From Trichinella spiralis (taxonomy: Eukaryota), in assembly GCF_000181795.1 (NCBI RefSeq), contig NW_003526941.1:248001-312000 (forward strand): a stretch of 64,000 nt of DNA. Direction: 5' to 3'. Below, one piece after another: positions 38,301-52,800 of this stretch. The notes below the pieces were generated by a model. It was not told the DNA's origin and ran no database searches. It saw nothing but the letters and a program-made list of their open reading frames with translations. The position numbers were made by a program, and so were the translations under genes. How positions within the stretch are numbered: position 1 is the first letter of the stretch; the number at the start of each line of letters is the position of its first letter.

Positions 38301-40689
38301 GGTAACAACAACAAAATCGGCATGCATAATGCAAAATAGTCGAGTGAATAATTTAAACAAACGTACCAAAAAAATTTTCAGTTAAACAGAAACAAAGCGG
38401 TTCATTTACAATACTAATATGACAAAAAATTATAAATCGAATACGCATCAGTGGAAAAATGCAATCGTTGCTTTGGAAAGAAACCAACTTTGAACATTAG
38501 TTGAGATTGTCTGAAATTAAATTCTTCTGTTTTTAATTTAACAGCAACTTAATATCTGTGCAAAGAATTCAACTCTGATGCAAAGATTCTATAAAAACAT
38601 CCAGCTGAAATTTAATATACTGTGTTTGCTAGCTTCAGTTTTCAGAAGCTTGTGTTCACCGTTCTGAAGAACGTTTGACGTGAACGTCAGGTTGAACAGA
38701 GAAAGAGGAACACTTTCTTCGTTGAGTAAAATACGAAACTAACTTGTCGTTCTCAGAAAAAACACGACATAAAAAATGCGTCGTGTAAAACAGTTTTTAT
38801 AGATTGAAAACATGAACATCTGAATTAAAAGATTTTACATTAAACTTTTCCCACAAGAGCATCCATCTTCTTCATTTCCAGCTTAACTCAAAATGCTGCT
38901 TTTATCTGAAAAAATATTTACAAACTTTCCAAGATGCATTTTTGCATAATAAAATGCAATAGGATGTTATCCGAACTGCATTTCTTCAGAACGTTCATGC
39001 TGTATGTTCATGAAAAATATTAACAATAACTACAAATATGCATATAAATCCTCTGTGACATTCAATCAGAAATCTATTAAACTACTTGCTTTACAAATAA
39101 ATATTTCTAAAAATATTCAGTTCATTTTATTATTTAAAACTTCTTAATACAAATAAATTACGGCTGCTCAAAGCATAAAAATAAGTAATTCATTAAAAAA
39201 AAGAATTTATGAATGACAAGCGTGTGGATTGGATTATTAATAGATAAATGCACACAGATACGAAACACAATCAAAATGACAATAATGAACTGCCATTTAC
39301 TTTGCGCAAACGATTTTCACTTGTTTCATCAGTTCCTATTTTGAAGTAAAAAATAACACATACGCGCGTATTCTGCGATAACGTTTTCCGCTTTGGATAA
39401 AGAAAAATATTTTACTTTACCAGCATTTGAGCTAAAAACAATATTCAAATATTGTAAATAATTTCTGAATGTACAATTTTCCCACCATAAGTTTCAAAAT
39501 TGAAATTTTCAATTTGTACAGTAATTTTGAAAAGCATTTTTTAAAACCCTACATCTATCCATCCATCTGCATATTTACGTACAAATGTTAATACAAATCT
39601 TAGTGCGCTTTAAATACAGATTAAATTTTCAATAAAATTTGAATTTGAAAAAGAAAGCATGCTATTCATTTATTGACATACTGCTCCCTCAACCGTCAAA
39701 ATTAATAACAAACATTTTAACTGTCATAGAAAATGTCAGAACAATAATGTGTGACATGAACAGCTGAAACAATTAACCAAAGTATACTTTCAATAATAAT
39801 CAATCAAAACAATCAAATTGTTAAAATTTTCACAAAACCACAGCGCCAAAATCAATGACGCAATTAGCAAATCTGCAATGCTGAGATTCATATTTTAAGT
39901 CAAAAATATGTTTACCAATTAATTAATTAAGAAAAAATATATTTCAAAATGCTGAAATTATTTTTTTTAATTTATACTTCGGTTTGCTTTTACTTGATCT
40001 CAAAAAGTAAAAAAAAGCAAAAGCACAATTCAAGCAATACATTTAAATAATACTATTACTGCTAGTATACATTGAGTACAGTGAAATTGTGCATTTTGAA
40101 GAGAAAATAATCTTTGTTCAAAAGTTTTCAAAAAGTAATTATTGTGAGTGAACACTGCTCGAATAGAAGAAGAAGAAAAACAATTAACAAAGAAAATGCA
40201 GGTCGAACAATGATTTCAATTTCAATTTTTCAAAAGCAGATGCATCGCGCAGCTGCTTGATTTACGTCTTGAAGAAGAAAAGTTCAATCAAATTTCAACA
40301 TGAAAAGATTTTTGTGCATGATAAAAGCGGTGGTGAGTAAACAAAACAACAAATAAAATTTATTTTGTCAAAAACTGTGCGTGTTTTATGATAATGGATG
40401 GCTAATATTGCTTTTGAACAGTTGCACAATGAATAAAAATAGACAACTCTATTTCTCCCGAGCCAAGTGTAATATTACATAAACGCCTATGCTATAAAGA
40501 TGCAGTTGCGTTGTTAATGTTTTCACACCTCTTGCAATAGCTGGAAAAAGTAACAATTCATCATTTTACGTTTCAAATATTTAACATATTGATGCAATTA
40601 AATATCCAACTATAACATCTATTTTCACAACTATTATCCAATATTTTCAACGTGGCCAATGAAGCCAGCCATTCTAATATATAATAGCA

Positions 40690-40726
<37 letters not shown>

Positions 40727-43700
40727 TAGCAAATTGATCAGACTATGATGTGCAACGCAGATTTCAGAAGCTAATGACTTGTCTAGTTGAGAATATTCGA
40801 AAATTGAAATATTCCTCGCACTATTAAACACTTACATGCAAACAAGCGCGCCTCTATAACCGAAAACTCCATTCATCATAAGGAAAAGTATATATCTTAA
40901 ACTGCAGTTATGTGACAATTCACTATACCTTCTCTAGCTACTAAAAACTCAACGAAAAACCAATCGCAATTCAGTAAAGAACAGAAATACCACATTGAAA
41001 AAAAAAACACTTCACTATGTGGATGAAATGAAATAAAGCAAAGCAATGCAAGCAAATGTGAACACTACAAAGCAGCCAATTAACAACTCCAGTACTTACC
41101 AGAAGCCAAAATGCTGCTTCCTACAAAACACCAGTCAGTACAAAGGAAGAAGAGAATAAAGAATGCAAAATTTGCAAATTTAATGTAAAAAGTAATAAAT
41201 AACAGTGATTAAAATGGTTTGCTGCCTACCTCCTCTGGGTTCCCTCGCGCAAACGGTGAACTGAGCTGGCTCACCAGCTATTCCAAATGATAAACCATTT
41301 CCGTATGCAGTCACATAGCCATCGTCGACTTGTCCAACGTGAAAACTAAATGGACTGCCTGAAAGTAATTGTGTTTCAAATCTGCTTTATTAAAATTATA
41401 AAAGAAGCAAATACCTGGTACGTGCAGACCATCATGTTTGATTTGCAGTTCGTGCAAACCGACTTCAGACGGTTGATATTTAACACTGACCGATCCATCG
41501 GCATTGTCACGTATAATAGGGGTGTCAGTCTTTTTACTCGGCATCACTACTTTTGCAGTCAACCGTCCTGTTCCTGGTAAGGCGAATGTCCAACTCTTTT
41601 CTGAAAATTCTGTTTCAGCACTGTTGTCTTCAGCAATACCGCGGCTCACTACCACTGGTGTTGCGATTAAAGTTTCACCAACTGAACCACGACGCGATAA
41701 TTCTCCCTGAAACACAACAGCGCATATTAGAATAAATATAATATAATATAATATCTATGATTATGAAATTCAATTTTTATAAAAATTGCCAACTGTGACA
41801 ATAAAATAACGAAAATCAAAACAGAGCAGAAGCCAAAAAAGCAAAAATATAATAAACAACAGCAAAGATCCTATTATGAAAGTATATTCAAACAAAGCAG
41901 CAGAATGTTGAGTAAATTTTACTATGGTAAAGAGTTCCTTCCCCTGACTGCACGCATGCAGGCGCAAACTGAGGCCACGGCAGCTGTGTAGCTGCTACGA
42001 TAGTTGCGGCCAATTGCTGCGACTCCTAACCGACAGCAATGCAACTTGCCCTACACCAATGACTTGTCGCTTTTCAACAAAGCCCAATTTTACTTAATAA
42101 ATTCATTCGGCTACATAAAACTAAACGTCGACAAATTAAACGCCTGCTCATCTTCATCAACAATGGAATTCATTAATTTTTGCTTTCGGAAAGCTAACAA
42201 AAATAAACACCAAATTGCAATGAAACTACGCTTAATAGTCTGCTGTGATTCACTGAAGAACAATTTCCTACTGTATTAATTCTCAATTTTATAAAATTGA
42301 TACTTTTTGAAAATTCTTATTCCATAATTCCACCAATACAAAACAGTTCATCATTGAAGTCAAGAAAAAAAGTCAAATAAACATACAGACTAATTCAAAT
42401 CAACTAGCCCTTCCAATCGACTAACATCACTAATAATTAAACAAAATTAACAATTATTATTCTGTTGTAAGGTTCTGTCCTGTTTAAATTGCTCAACTCA
42501 ACCGTTGTGCCAACAGTTTCACTTAGGAGCAACATTTTATATAAATGTTATCATTTGAGCAAGATCAAATTACTCGAAAATTTTTTTTTCACAAATACAC
42601 TTTATCTGCATTACACAAGGAAACAAATATAGTTCGTGCTATGCAAATACATTTATCAAAAGAATGCATTCATTACCCTGATAAACCATTGCCCTTTTTG
42701 CAAAATTTGTCCTCCATAGCGAACAGTTATCCGATAGAGTCCAGGATTTGGAAGTGTGTAGAAGAGCAAGCAAAAATCATCATGCTGCTCCACCACAACG
42801 TTAACTATTTTAGTAGGAGGTTCTGCGGACAAAATTTGACAAGTAACACGACCACGGCCAGCAGGATCAGTCGACACTTTGATACACTGTTCTTCACCAA
42901 CAGTAGCAGTTTCGAAACGTCCTTCTGAAAATTATTACAATAAAAATTAATGAAATTCCAATTTTACATAAATAAATATATTTAAAGCTGAAACTCACCT
43001 TATTTGGGTTGAAGAAACAAATGACCCGTTGATTTCAAATAAATATCAAGCCGTTTAGCTATTTAATTTAATATTTCATAATGAATAATGAAGGTTCTCG
43101 AAAACATCAATGATTTTTATGCATTGGATAACAGAAGTATTTAATTTCGTTATCATGCAGCAAAAGTTTTCCCTTTTCATCTTAAGGTATCTTCATATTT
43201 TCACAAATATACCTTGTTGAACAATAAAAATAATCTCCCTCAAGATAATAAAACGAAATTAAAGTTAATAATTTTCAATTTAACTAAACGGGAATAAAAA
43301 AAACATAGAACTCCATACCTGCAATCTGGCATTTCAAAAAATCACCACCAACAGGCAGTACACGCAAAGCAAAAGGACTATTCAGTACCGGCTCATCGCC
43401 ATACTTGATCGAAATGTCATAAGTGCCCGCAATATCCGGTATAAAAGCAAACTTATCCAGATGAGTGCCCTTTTCTGTGTGCTTTGTTGAAACCGGCAAA
43501 CCCTCAGGGTCCTAGCAAAAAGGTTTCAGCATCATAATTAGGGAAAACAAATCAGAGTAATTATTTCTTTTAAAGAAACCTTGATCATCACTTGCAACGC
43601 TCCATAGCCTGCCTCAGAAATATCAACAGACAATGTAACTGGATCACAAACGTAATAAAAATTTTCGAGTCCACATCCGCGCACCTTTACTTTTTTTGCT

Positions 43701-43778
43701 TCGCACTTCGGCAATACGCGCATACAATATGGACTAAAAATATACTGTATAAATTCAAATTGAAGCTAATAAATAAAC

Positions 43779-43836
<58 letters not shown>

Positions 43837-46800
43837 TTGCCTACCTGTTTGGAATTTCTTTTCCACCATATAAAATGTGCACTTTGCAATTACTGTCAAC
43901 TGCCGGTGCATAATAAGTAACTTTGTACACACCATGAGCTTGTTCGACAATTTCTGGCTGTTTTGGCGCAGCTCCACATTCTGAATCAACCAACACCTGC
44001 AACTGAGCTGGTCCACTTCTTGTAGTGTCAACCAAAAACTGCAAAGGAAGATCAAATCGACAGTTCTTCGATTCCAAACCTGGACCCCAAGCACGCACCA
44101 AATTCGGATCTAACGGTGGCTCGATGAGTGCAGTGAAAGGACTACCTTCAACAGTTACCGTGACAATTTAGAGGCAATTAGTCAAGGTACGACAAATAAC
44201 AACCAAATAAACCTGGAATATGCTTTTCAGCAAATGTGACGGAAATTTTATATACTCCAGCCTTTGAAACCACATACTCAACAGTACATGAACCATCAAG
44301 ATTATCCGCAGTTGATATTGTCGACTCTGAGGGCCCTTCAATTGCTATGTTCAGTTTTCCAGATCCAGCACCCTAAAAATTATCAAAATTACCATAGTTC
44401 TGATGACTAAATTCCAAAGTAATGAATTCAATTTCAAATCGCACCTTTGTGTCCACGCGGAAACGACAAGGAATACCGACCAGACCAGCTTTCAGTCCGG
44501 CACCTTGAACTTTGCATCGTGTTTCATCATGTCCGTCAACTGCATGCACAAGCAGAGGTTGCGCCGTCAATGGAACATCATCATATGAAACTTGTAGTTC
44601 ATGTTTGCCTGAAAACTTGCTTTTTTATATGCATATTATTCGTAAGAGCAAATTATATTCCATTTGTTTCATAAATTTTCAGCAAACTACTTTAAGTAGC
44701 CCCTGTTAATCAATCTGTCACAGAGTCGGCCTTCAGTGATTCAAAAAACTATTACACAAACACAAAGAAATTTCACTCCTCACTAACGTCGTTGCATCAA
44801 TTTTCCCATTAGATACAATCTGGCAGGTTTCCTTCAAGTACACCACATCACGTTACATCACATCACATTACATTACATTACATTACATTATACATTACCT
44901 ACCCAAATATTGCTACATAAAAGTTTAAATACGATAAAGTATTTCATATAAAAATAAAAAAGTAAAATAAAATTTCTAAATATTTATCTAAACAATACGA
45001 ACCTTCAACAATTGTCGAATAAAATATTCGATAAGTTCCATCCTTTTCATTTTTGACATGACATCTTGCCATATTCCCATCAGGTGATCGAATGGCGCAG
45101 CTAACTTCAGCATTGCTAATTTTCTTTGTCAACGCCGTAGTGTCGACAGTAAATTCACTTATGGAATTTATGAATACTCCTACAATAATTATATTTCACA
45201 GTTTGTAACAAAAAAAACTGAATTGGCGATTCAGCGAACTGAACATCATCTCTGCATTGTGATATCATTACCAACTGGCCAATTAACAGTTGAAAATAAT
45301 GCGTTGCATTATTTAAAATTTATACCTGTCAATGCAGTTGAATTATTCATACAATGCAATTACATATTTTAATAATCAAATAGGATTATTTATTTCTTCA
45401 CACTTTTCAAGCTGTTAAAATTATAACGTCTGCTTTAAATTCATCTTTTGAAAAGCACTTAAAGAACTTTAATACTTCAGAATTAAGCCCACCGTTTGAA
45501 AGAAATTGAGTTTTCAACAAAAACTTACTTTCTTCAAATCCTCGAATAACCACACTGCTTAAATCTACATGAGGCTTCACTTGAACTTTGTATGGCATGC
45601 CAGGTATCGATGAACCAGCAAAACGTACGTAAATATCGTATTGGCCAGGTTTATTCACTTTGTAATAGACAGTGTACGAACCATTTCCACAATCGGAAAT
45701 TTGAACATCCACTGGCGAACCATCAGCATGGTTTTTCATGCAAACTTCAACCTTGCCTATATTGGATAAGTAAAAAATGCAAACTAAAATTACTATTCAA
45801 ATACTGTTTTCCACATTCACCTGGTCCAGCATCTGCACAGTCAACAAAAAAATGATTTCTATCCTTCGTCCGAACACTTTCTTCAAGTCCAGGACCGTAC
45901 ATTCGCACAAGATTCGGATTAGTTTGTTCGCTAACATAAATCTAAAATGGCTTCTTGTGAATTACGACAACTTCAAAACTGCCTGAAATCAACTCATTCA
46001 AGCAGCTTTTGTACTATTTTATTACATCCGAAATATATCGACAAAAGGAAAGTTGAAAAGCAAAACTGGCCGTTCAAAATCTATAGATCTTAAAATTTGT
46101 TTAATGCTTAAGTCAAATCTTAAAAGCAAATTCCTGTATCTACTTTAAATGAATGTTAGTTTATAAAAATACGAAAATGAAAATCTGCATTGAAATTATT
46201 CTATACAGTGTTTTCGTTCTGAGTTCAAAAACAAAAAAAAACAAGTAAAATGACCAAACTCATTCACTGGAAACTAATTAAGTAGCAAAATTTCAATAAT
46301 CGACAATATATGACCCAAATTGTATAATTTGACCAAATTGAAAATTGTGCATCTTTTTAAATTAAAATGAATTGAAAAGAAAAACAAAATATATTTTAAG
46401 TCAGATTCACAGTTCACTTCGACACTTATACTGAAAGCATTTCCTAAAGTGATATGAACAAAAAAAATCGTAAAAGAACGGAAAGCAATATAGTGAATGC
46501 AATGAGTGCAATAAGCATACTTCATTTTTATGCTAAACTGAAACTATAAACTATGTCATCAGCCCAGACAGCCGCAAAATCCCTCCTGTTTCATAATCTA
46601 TGATCATAATTAACAATTTGCATTAGTGAAATTTATCAAGCAACCATTTATACTGTCCAAGATCAATTTAATTGTACCCCTTCAACATAAGTTCCAAGTA
46701 ATAAAATTAGACATTTCGTGTCTAATTTTTCAAAAAAATGTCATTAAAAATTGCTGCTCTGACTTAAAATAATTGCTTTCTTCTTTATTATTTGCAAAAT

Positions 46801-49800
46801 ACGTTAACTTTCGAGAAGTAAACACATCAACTGACACCCACTATTCACCATACCTGATTATCCGTTTCTCAAAGATTAACAAGTGAAATGGCAATTTCAG
46901 TAGCTACATAAAGTATATTGAACAATGTGCAAAATTAACTTTTTGTAATGTAAAATCAATTGTAGAAAAATAAAAAACAAAAATTTAATCATCAGCATTG
47001 ATATAACAATTATAAACTCACTTTGAAAGGTGATCCAGGAACTGACTGATCATCAAAAGTCACCATAATCCAGTGTCGCTTGCAACTTTCGGGTACAAAA
47101 GAACAGCTATAGACATTATTTGCAATTGTTTTTTGCTTAAATTATAAATAAAGCTTTTTTAGGTAACATAAAGAGCAGATCAAAATAAAAAAGCGTAAAA
47201 GTGCAATAAATTTTTTACTTGGATATTCATTTCCATTCCATCACTATCCATCGCAAAAATTTTTACAGCACTATCACCAGCTCGACTGGCGTCAACTGTA
47301 AAAGTAGAACGTTGCCCACAAACGTGACCATATTCACTGATTCCAGCTCCAGAACATTTAACCAATTCCGGAATGCATCCCAAATGAGATTCTCCAATTT
47401 CCACCATATAAGGACTACCAGATATATTCACATCGTTGGTGAGCACGTGGATTGCATACTCGCCACAAGCTTTCGGTATGTAACATATTTCAGCTGAACC
47501 ATCTCCATTGTCATGGCAAGTCAGTTCAGCTTTAGAAGGGCCGTCAACAGAAAATCCTAAAATATAAAATTTCCTCATTTGTCACTTATTAATGTTAATT
47601 ATTAAGGATTATTTATTAAGCATATAATTTTATTACACTGCACACAATAACGTTACATGTGTATAAGATGTATATTTGTCTGCTATCTTTGCTTTTATCT
47701 ATCGTTGGTATTAAAAAATTTTAATCTATTCTATAATCAATTCTACATTGCATTTTGCTACCTCAGTGCAATCTGAAAGTCAAAATCAATTTCCACTCAC
47801 TTCACAGTGACCAAAAAAAAGAGAAAAAAACATGCGAAAAAGCACGAACAAATGCATTATTAAGCAAATGCTAATAACGTCGGATAAAGAAATAAACTTG
47901 TCACTGGATAGTCTGATTTTAGTTTTAAATTGAACTAAAACATTCCATTCTGTCTAGTGAGAAGCTTTAAAATATCAAAAAATGCGGCTAATTTACTTTT
48001 TGAATAAAACAATCTCATTGCTTAGAGAAAAAATTAATAAAATGCCAAGGACTCGCTCAATAAAGAAGCAAAAAACACACAACAGAAAACAAAAGTACAA
48101 CTACCATGAAGCACAGTTTTATGTTGAATTTCTGACTATTTTTCTAAACCATATATAAACTTATTGCAAAATGTTGTTAAACAGTTGCTTTCAAGTAGTA
48201 AAAATAAAGTAAAATAAAATGATTAAAAAGCAAATTTAAAAAGGGAAAATTTCAAAATCAAAATTGTATAAATGCAAAGTGAAACAATTCACAGGTTATT
48301 CGCCTCAAGATGTTACACAGCAAAAGATGACATATTCTGCAGAGAACAACAGTCGGCTATAATAATCACGATAATAAATTTATCATTGAAATTTTCCAAC
48401 AATTAAATATAAAATAAAATTTTACAATTTATATTAATTGCTGATCACGTCATCAATTGCTACTGTAAAATGAGTTCCGGGTTCCAGTGCAAAGCATTTT
48501 CGTAGAGTAAAAAAACAAAATCCATTTAACCTTACTAAGTAATTTTCCAGAAGCTTATAATAGAACTTTGTTATTAGTCATAAAATTCCGTTTCCAATCA
48601 AGCTAAATAATTTCACATTACCACACGACGACATCAAATGGTTTCCTTCAAATTACTATTCAAGCATTGCTCATTTGGTGAAAATACTTTTTCCAATAAC
48701 AAAACTTATGACAACTACAGAAAAGAGAATTTTTTCTTAATACTATAATAAATTTAAAATCGTAATGAAAACAAAAACCCTTCATCCATTTCACGAAATA
48801 TACCACTGGAAACAGTGCAAATGGAATGTGTCCAGAAAAGTATTGAAAAACATCTTTTATCAAGAAACTTTTCTTTCAATTAAATAAATTAATTCATCAC
48901 ATAATACGCATAATTGTGAGCGAATGTATTCAGATGAAAATTTTTGATATAAGAAATATTTTTTTATTCATACAGAAAGTAACTCTGCATGTGTGTGTGT
49001 GTGTGTGTGCGTGTTATGCACGTCACCAGTTGTTTCTCTCAGCGCGTTGGAAAATTGAATTTTCATTATTACATCGCTTGGCAATGTGATGTGTAGCACG
49101 ATAGTGTACGATCACGATGTCTTCAAAATGCCTTGCGTGTAATGTCACATCAGCCTCAGTGAACAAAGGAAATATTACAAAGGAAAACACTTATTCATTC
49201 TAATTCATCACATGTGTAAATGCTTGGTTTTTTTTCTTCTTCAAAATAGCAAAGTAAGCAATAAAAAGAGAAATTCTTGAACATTAAACTACCAATGCGT
49301 ACTACGGCTGACGACAAGCCGTTAGCGCTACTAATGCAAAATTGGGAAAATTTCACCGTTTGCAATAACATCAATATTCCGTTTGTAATTTGAAAATTTT
49401 AAAGCTCTCATCAATTGTGAACTTGATCAGTTCGTTTAGACCATCAAACAAATCCATCAGCTTGCTCACAAGTCAATTTATCGACTCAATCATAAAAGCA
49501 AAGAAGCCGCCGGCATTGCCGAATAGAAATATTGCCAAACAGAACAACCTCCCTAGATGATAGTGTGTAAAACTGGCCAACATTTGAATTCAAATGCGGC
49601 ATAACGTTGCTGCAAATGGGATGGCAAACACTTCCATCTATATACATATACTCATCCGTCCATACATCTGCCCTGCCAGTCAGTCCTCAAATCCATCAGT
49701 CTTGCCTTGACTTTAGGAAGTGAATAAATGCAACATGCAACGACTGGAAAACAGTCTCGGCAAACAAAATCTGGTAAAAAATAACCATCGATTTTGATCA

Positions 49801-52800
49801 CTCTTTCTTGACAGAACCTTAACATGAGAAAATGTAGCAACACCAGTAGGATTTGGTATGCAAGCAAATGCAAGGGTACGGCGGATCAATGGATTTAGCC
49901 GACGTCTCCACCGATTAACGTACTTCTTTTCCAGTCTCCAGTTGGTTGATCATCACATTCAATTGTAAAGTTTGCAAAGTTACTAGAATCAATACGACCT
50001 CACTATCAGTGTCGATTAACAACAACCATCAAGCTGAAAGACGAAATAACAGTAACTTCAGAATTTAACCAACCAAATAAATAGTCGACGTATACCGAAA
50101 GCGCCGATGACTTACCTCTATAATTACAATGACAAAGTTCGTTGTTGATCGTCGAAATGGAACATTTCCATTTCATATCCGTCCCCCTCAATAATATTGT
50201 CACCCTGTTGTCATCACATCATCATATAAAACATTTCAACTTATCCCATTTGTTTTTCAAAATACAAAAATAAAGATACTGATTTACAGTTGCACTCGGA
50301 AAATAAAAACAATTCTCTTCTCAACAATCTCATACTATATTAATAATTCTATTTCAATTCCAATTACACACTTAAACAGAAGACCATAAGTGGGAGAATG
50401 AAAAATTAAAGTCAACGTAACTAATTTCATCGAAAACCAAACAAACCACTTTTATCCAAAATTATCCAACAAGAATAATTAAATTAATCTTACTTTTTGC
50501 TCAATCAAGTAATTCATTATTTGAATAAATATAAGATAATTATTGAAACAACACTCCTAATTAGGAGATGAAGTGGACTACAGTAAACTTCATGCAATAA
50601 AATATACATATTATATGATATTTCTTGAAGATAGAAGTTAAAAATATTCAATAAATTCATCATCACAAAAGCTGCCTAGTTCCATTTGAAAATGAATGAT
50701 CTGAAAACATTTAAATGAGCAGAATGCATGCTTACTTCTAAATAAAGTTGCAAATGATCTGGATGATTAATTAAGAGAGAAAAAAGTTCTCATATGACCA
50801 ACGTGAACAAACTCATATTACACAGAGTTTTACTTTGTCAAATCAATTGCACAAAATGCGACAAATTAAATAATAATAATAACTGCTTGGATGAAAATAT
50901 GTTTAAAATTATTTTTGAAAATTTTAATATCTGAAAAACAAAAGCCAACACAAAAGCAAGTTATTGTTAACAATTACGAGTCACAATTTCAGAATGAACA
51001 ATGCGAGAGAAAATTCTCCTCAACATTATAAAGTCATTTCGTACTTACATGATGAACAGAACAAGAAAAAACAGATGAAATGCAGACAACTGAGAAAGCA
51101 AGCTACTAGAAAAGCTTCAATAATTCGACAAGCTTCTATTTATAAAAAATATTATCTTGCATCATAGCACAATTTATTATTTCATTTCTCAGTTCAGCAA
51201 ACTGGAAATCAATTGCAAAAGTTAAATTTAGAAAAAAATAACGTTTTTTAAACTCCTTGCAACATTACCCACGTATCGCTCTCAGCGACATTACAAGTGC
51301 ATATAAATAAATAAATAAATACAAATATATGCAATATATATATATTTGGACAACAAATGGCTATTGTTGGTAGATTTTTGAACGCAAATTAGCTGCATAT
51401 AATTGCAAGAAAATTATAAAACTGAAATATTATTTTAAAATCTTTCAGTCGTACGGTGAAAATAGAATCGCTTCTTATAGGGTTCAACTTAATTATAGAA
51501 AGAATTTAAAAATAGAGTTTCAAGTGTGGAATAATTTTTTCACGCTTCGTATGTTCGATTTATTTATTCTCAAAATCGAGCTTTATTAAATTCACCATCA
51601 TTTTACAATGAAAAAAGTTACTGTTTCTTTGAAAAATAAAATTACAAAATAATTATTTCGAAAAAATGGCAAATTTTCATGATTTGTGCGATTTGTGTTT
51701 GCAAACGGTGGTCTTATCAAACATTTTGCTCTTTTGGAAAATTATTTGAAAAAATTTTCTAAACTCAATATAACTTATGAGAAAATATTCTTGATACAAT
51801 TATGTAAAATATGTAAAATGAGCACGGATGAAAATTGTTAGGACAGGTTTTCGATGAAAAGTGCACGAAATGTGCAGAATAAAAATAAAGGAAAATGATT
51901 TCAATGATAGCTGTAGGCTCACAACTGGGTCAGACTGCCCCTGGCCGACGTCAACAATCGATGTAGAAGCAACTATCTTCCATTTTTGAATTTGCCTCCC
52001 AAAGGAGAATGCCTTTCAAGCTTTTCACGAAAGCGCCCCGGAAATGCCGTCATATTCGGCATTCAAGCATGCAGCAATGAATTAATAAATCCATGTCTCA
52101 TTGACAACAAAAATTCTCATATTGTACAACAGCAACGGTATTTGGCATTCTTTACAAGCATAAATTGTAATAAGTAAAATATTAATTGCACCTGTGCAAT
52201 TTATTGAAATAAATGCCGCTGAAACAATGCACTAGGCATTAGTCAGAATTGAATAGTTCATCTCACCAATGAAAACAAAGCAAAATGACGTCATTGAAAT
52301 GATAAACCACTGGCTAAATAGAATTGGTTGAAAGAGCAGGAGGAGAGAGAAGCAGAGAAATAAGGAGAAAGATGAAAAGAGGAGGGCGCGAGAATCGCTG
52401 AGTCGAGCTAAGCTTGCTCAGCTTTACGTAGAACTAACTGATCAGCCGAGTATAGCGGGATGTGAATTTTCCTGCAACATAGTGATAGAAAGAAGCAACA
52501 ATACAAGTGGTCGATGCAATTGAGAAAAAAACGTCTACTTCGGGCCTGCGTTCCAACGAGAACCTGGCTTCAGTCTGCCAAGATGCAGCTGACGCAGGAA
52601 TGTTGCAAGAAGCATTTCCAGAATTAAACAGCTTCGGCGGAGTGCTGTTCGTCGGCGGCACAGTAATGCTGACTGCCTCGTGTTTAGGATTAGTGGTCTG
52701 TCGACTTTGTCGAATGCGTCGCAAACAACTACAAACCACAACTTCACGTACTCTACCTTTGCCAATCGCTGGTCAGCACGCAAGACATACAATTCGAGTA

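Noticed and set aside
42004..42279. ORF and possible alternative terminal exon in a filamin intron
   Set aside because: The phase-0 join stops after six codons and the + strand ORF has no ATG or homology.
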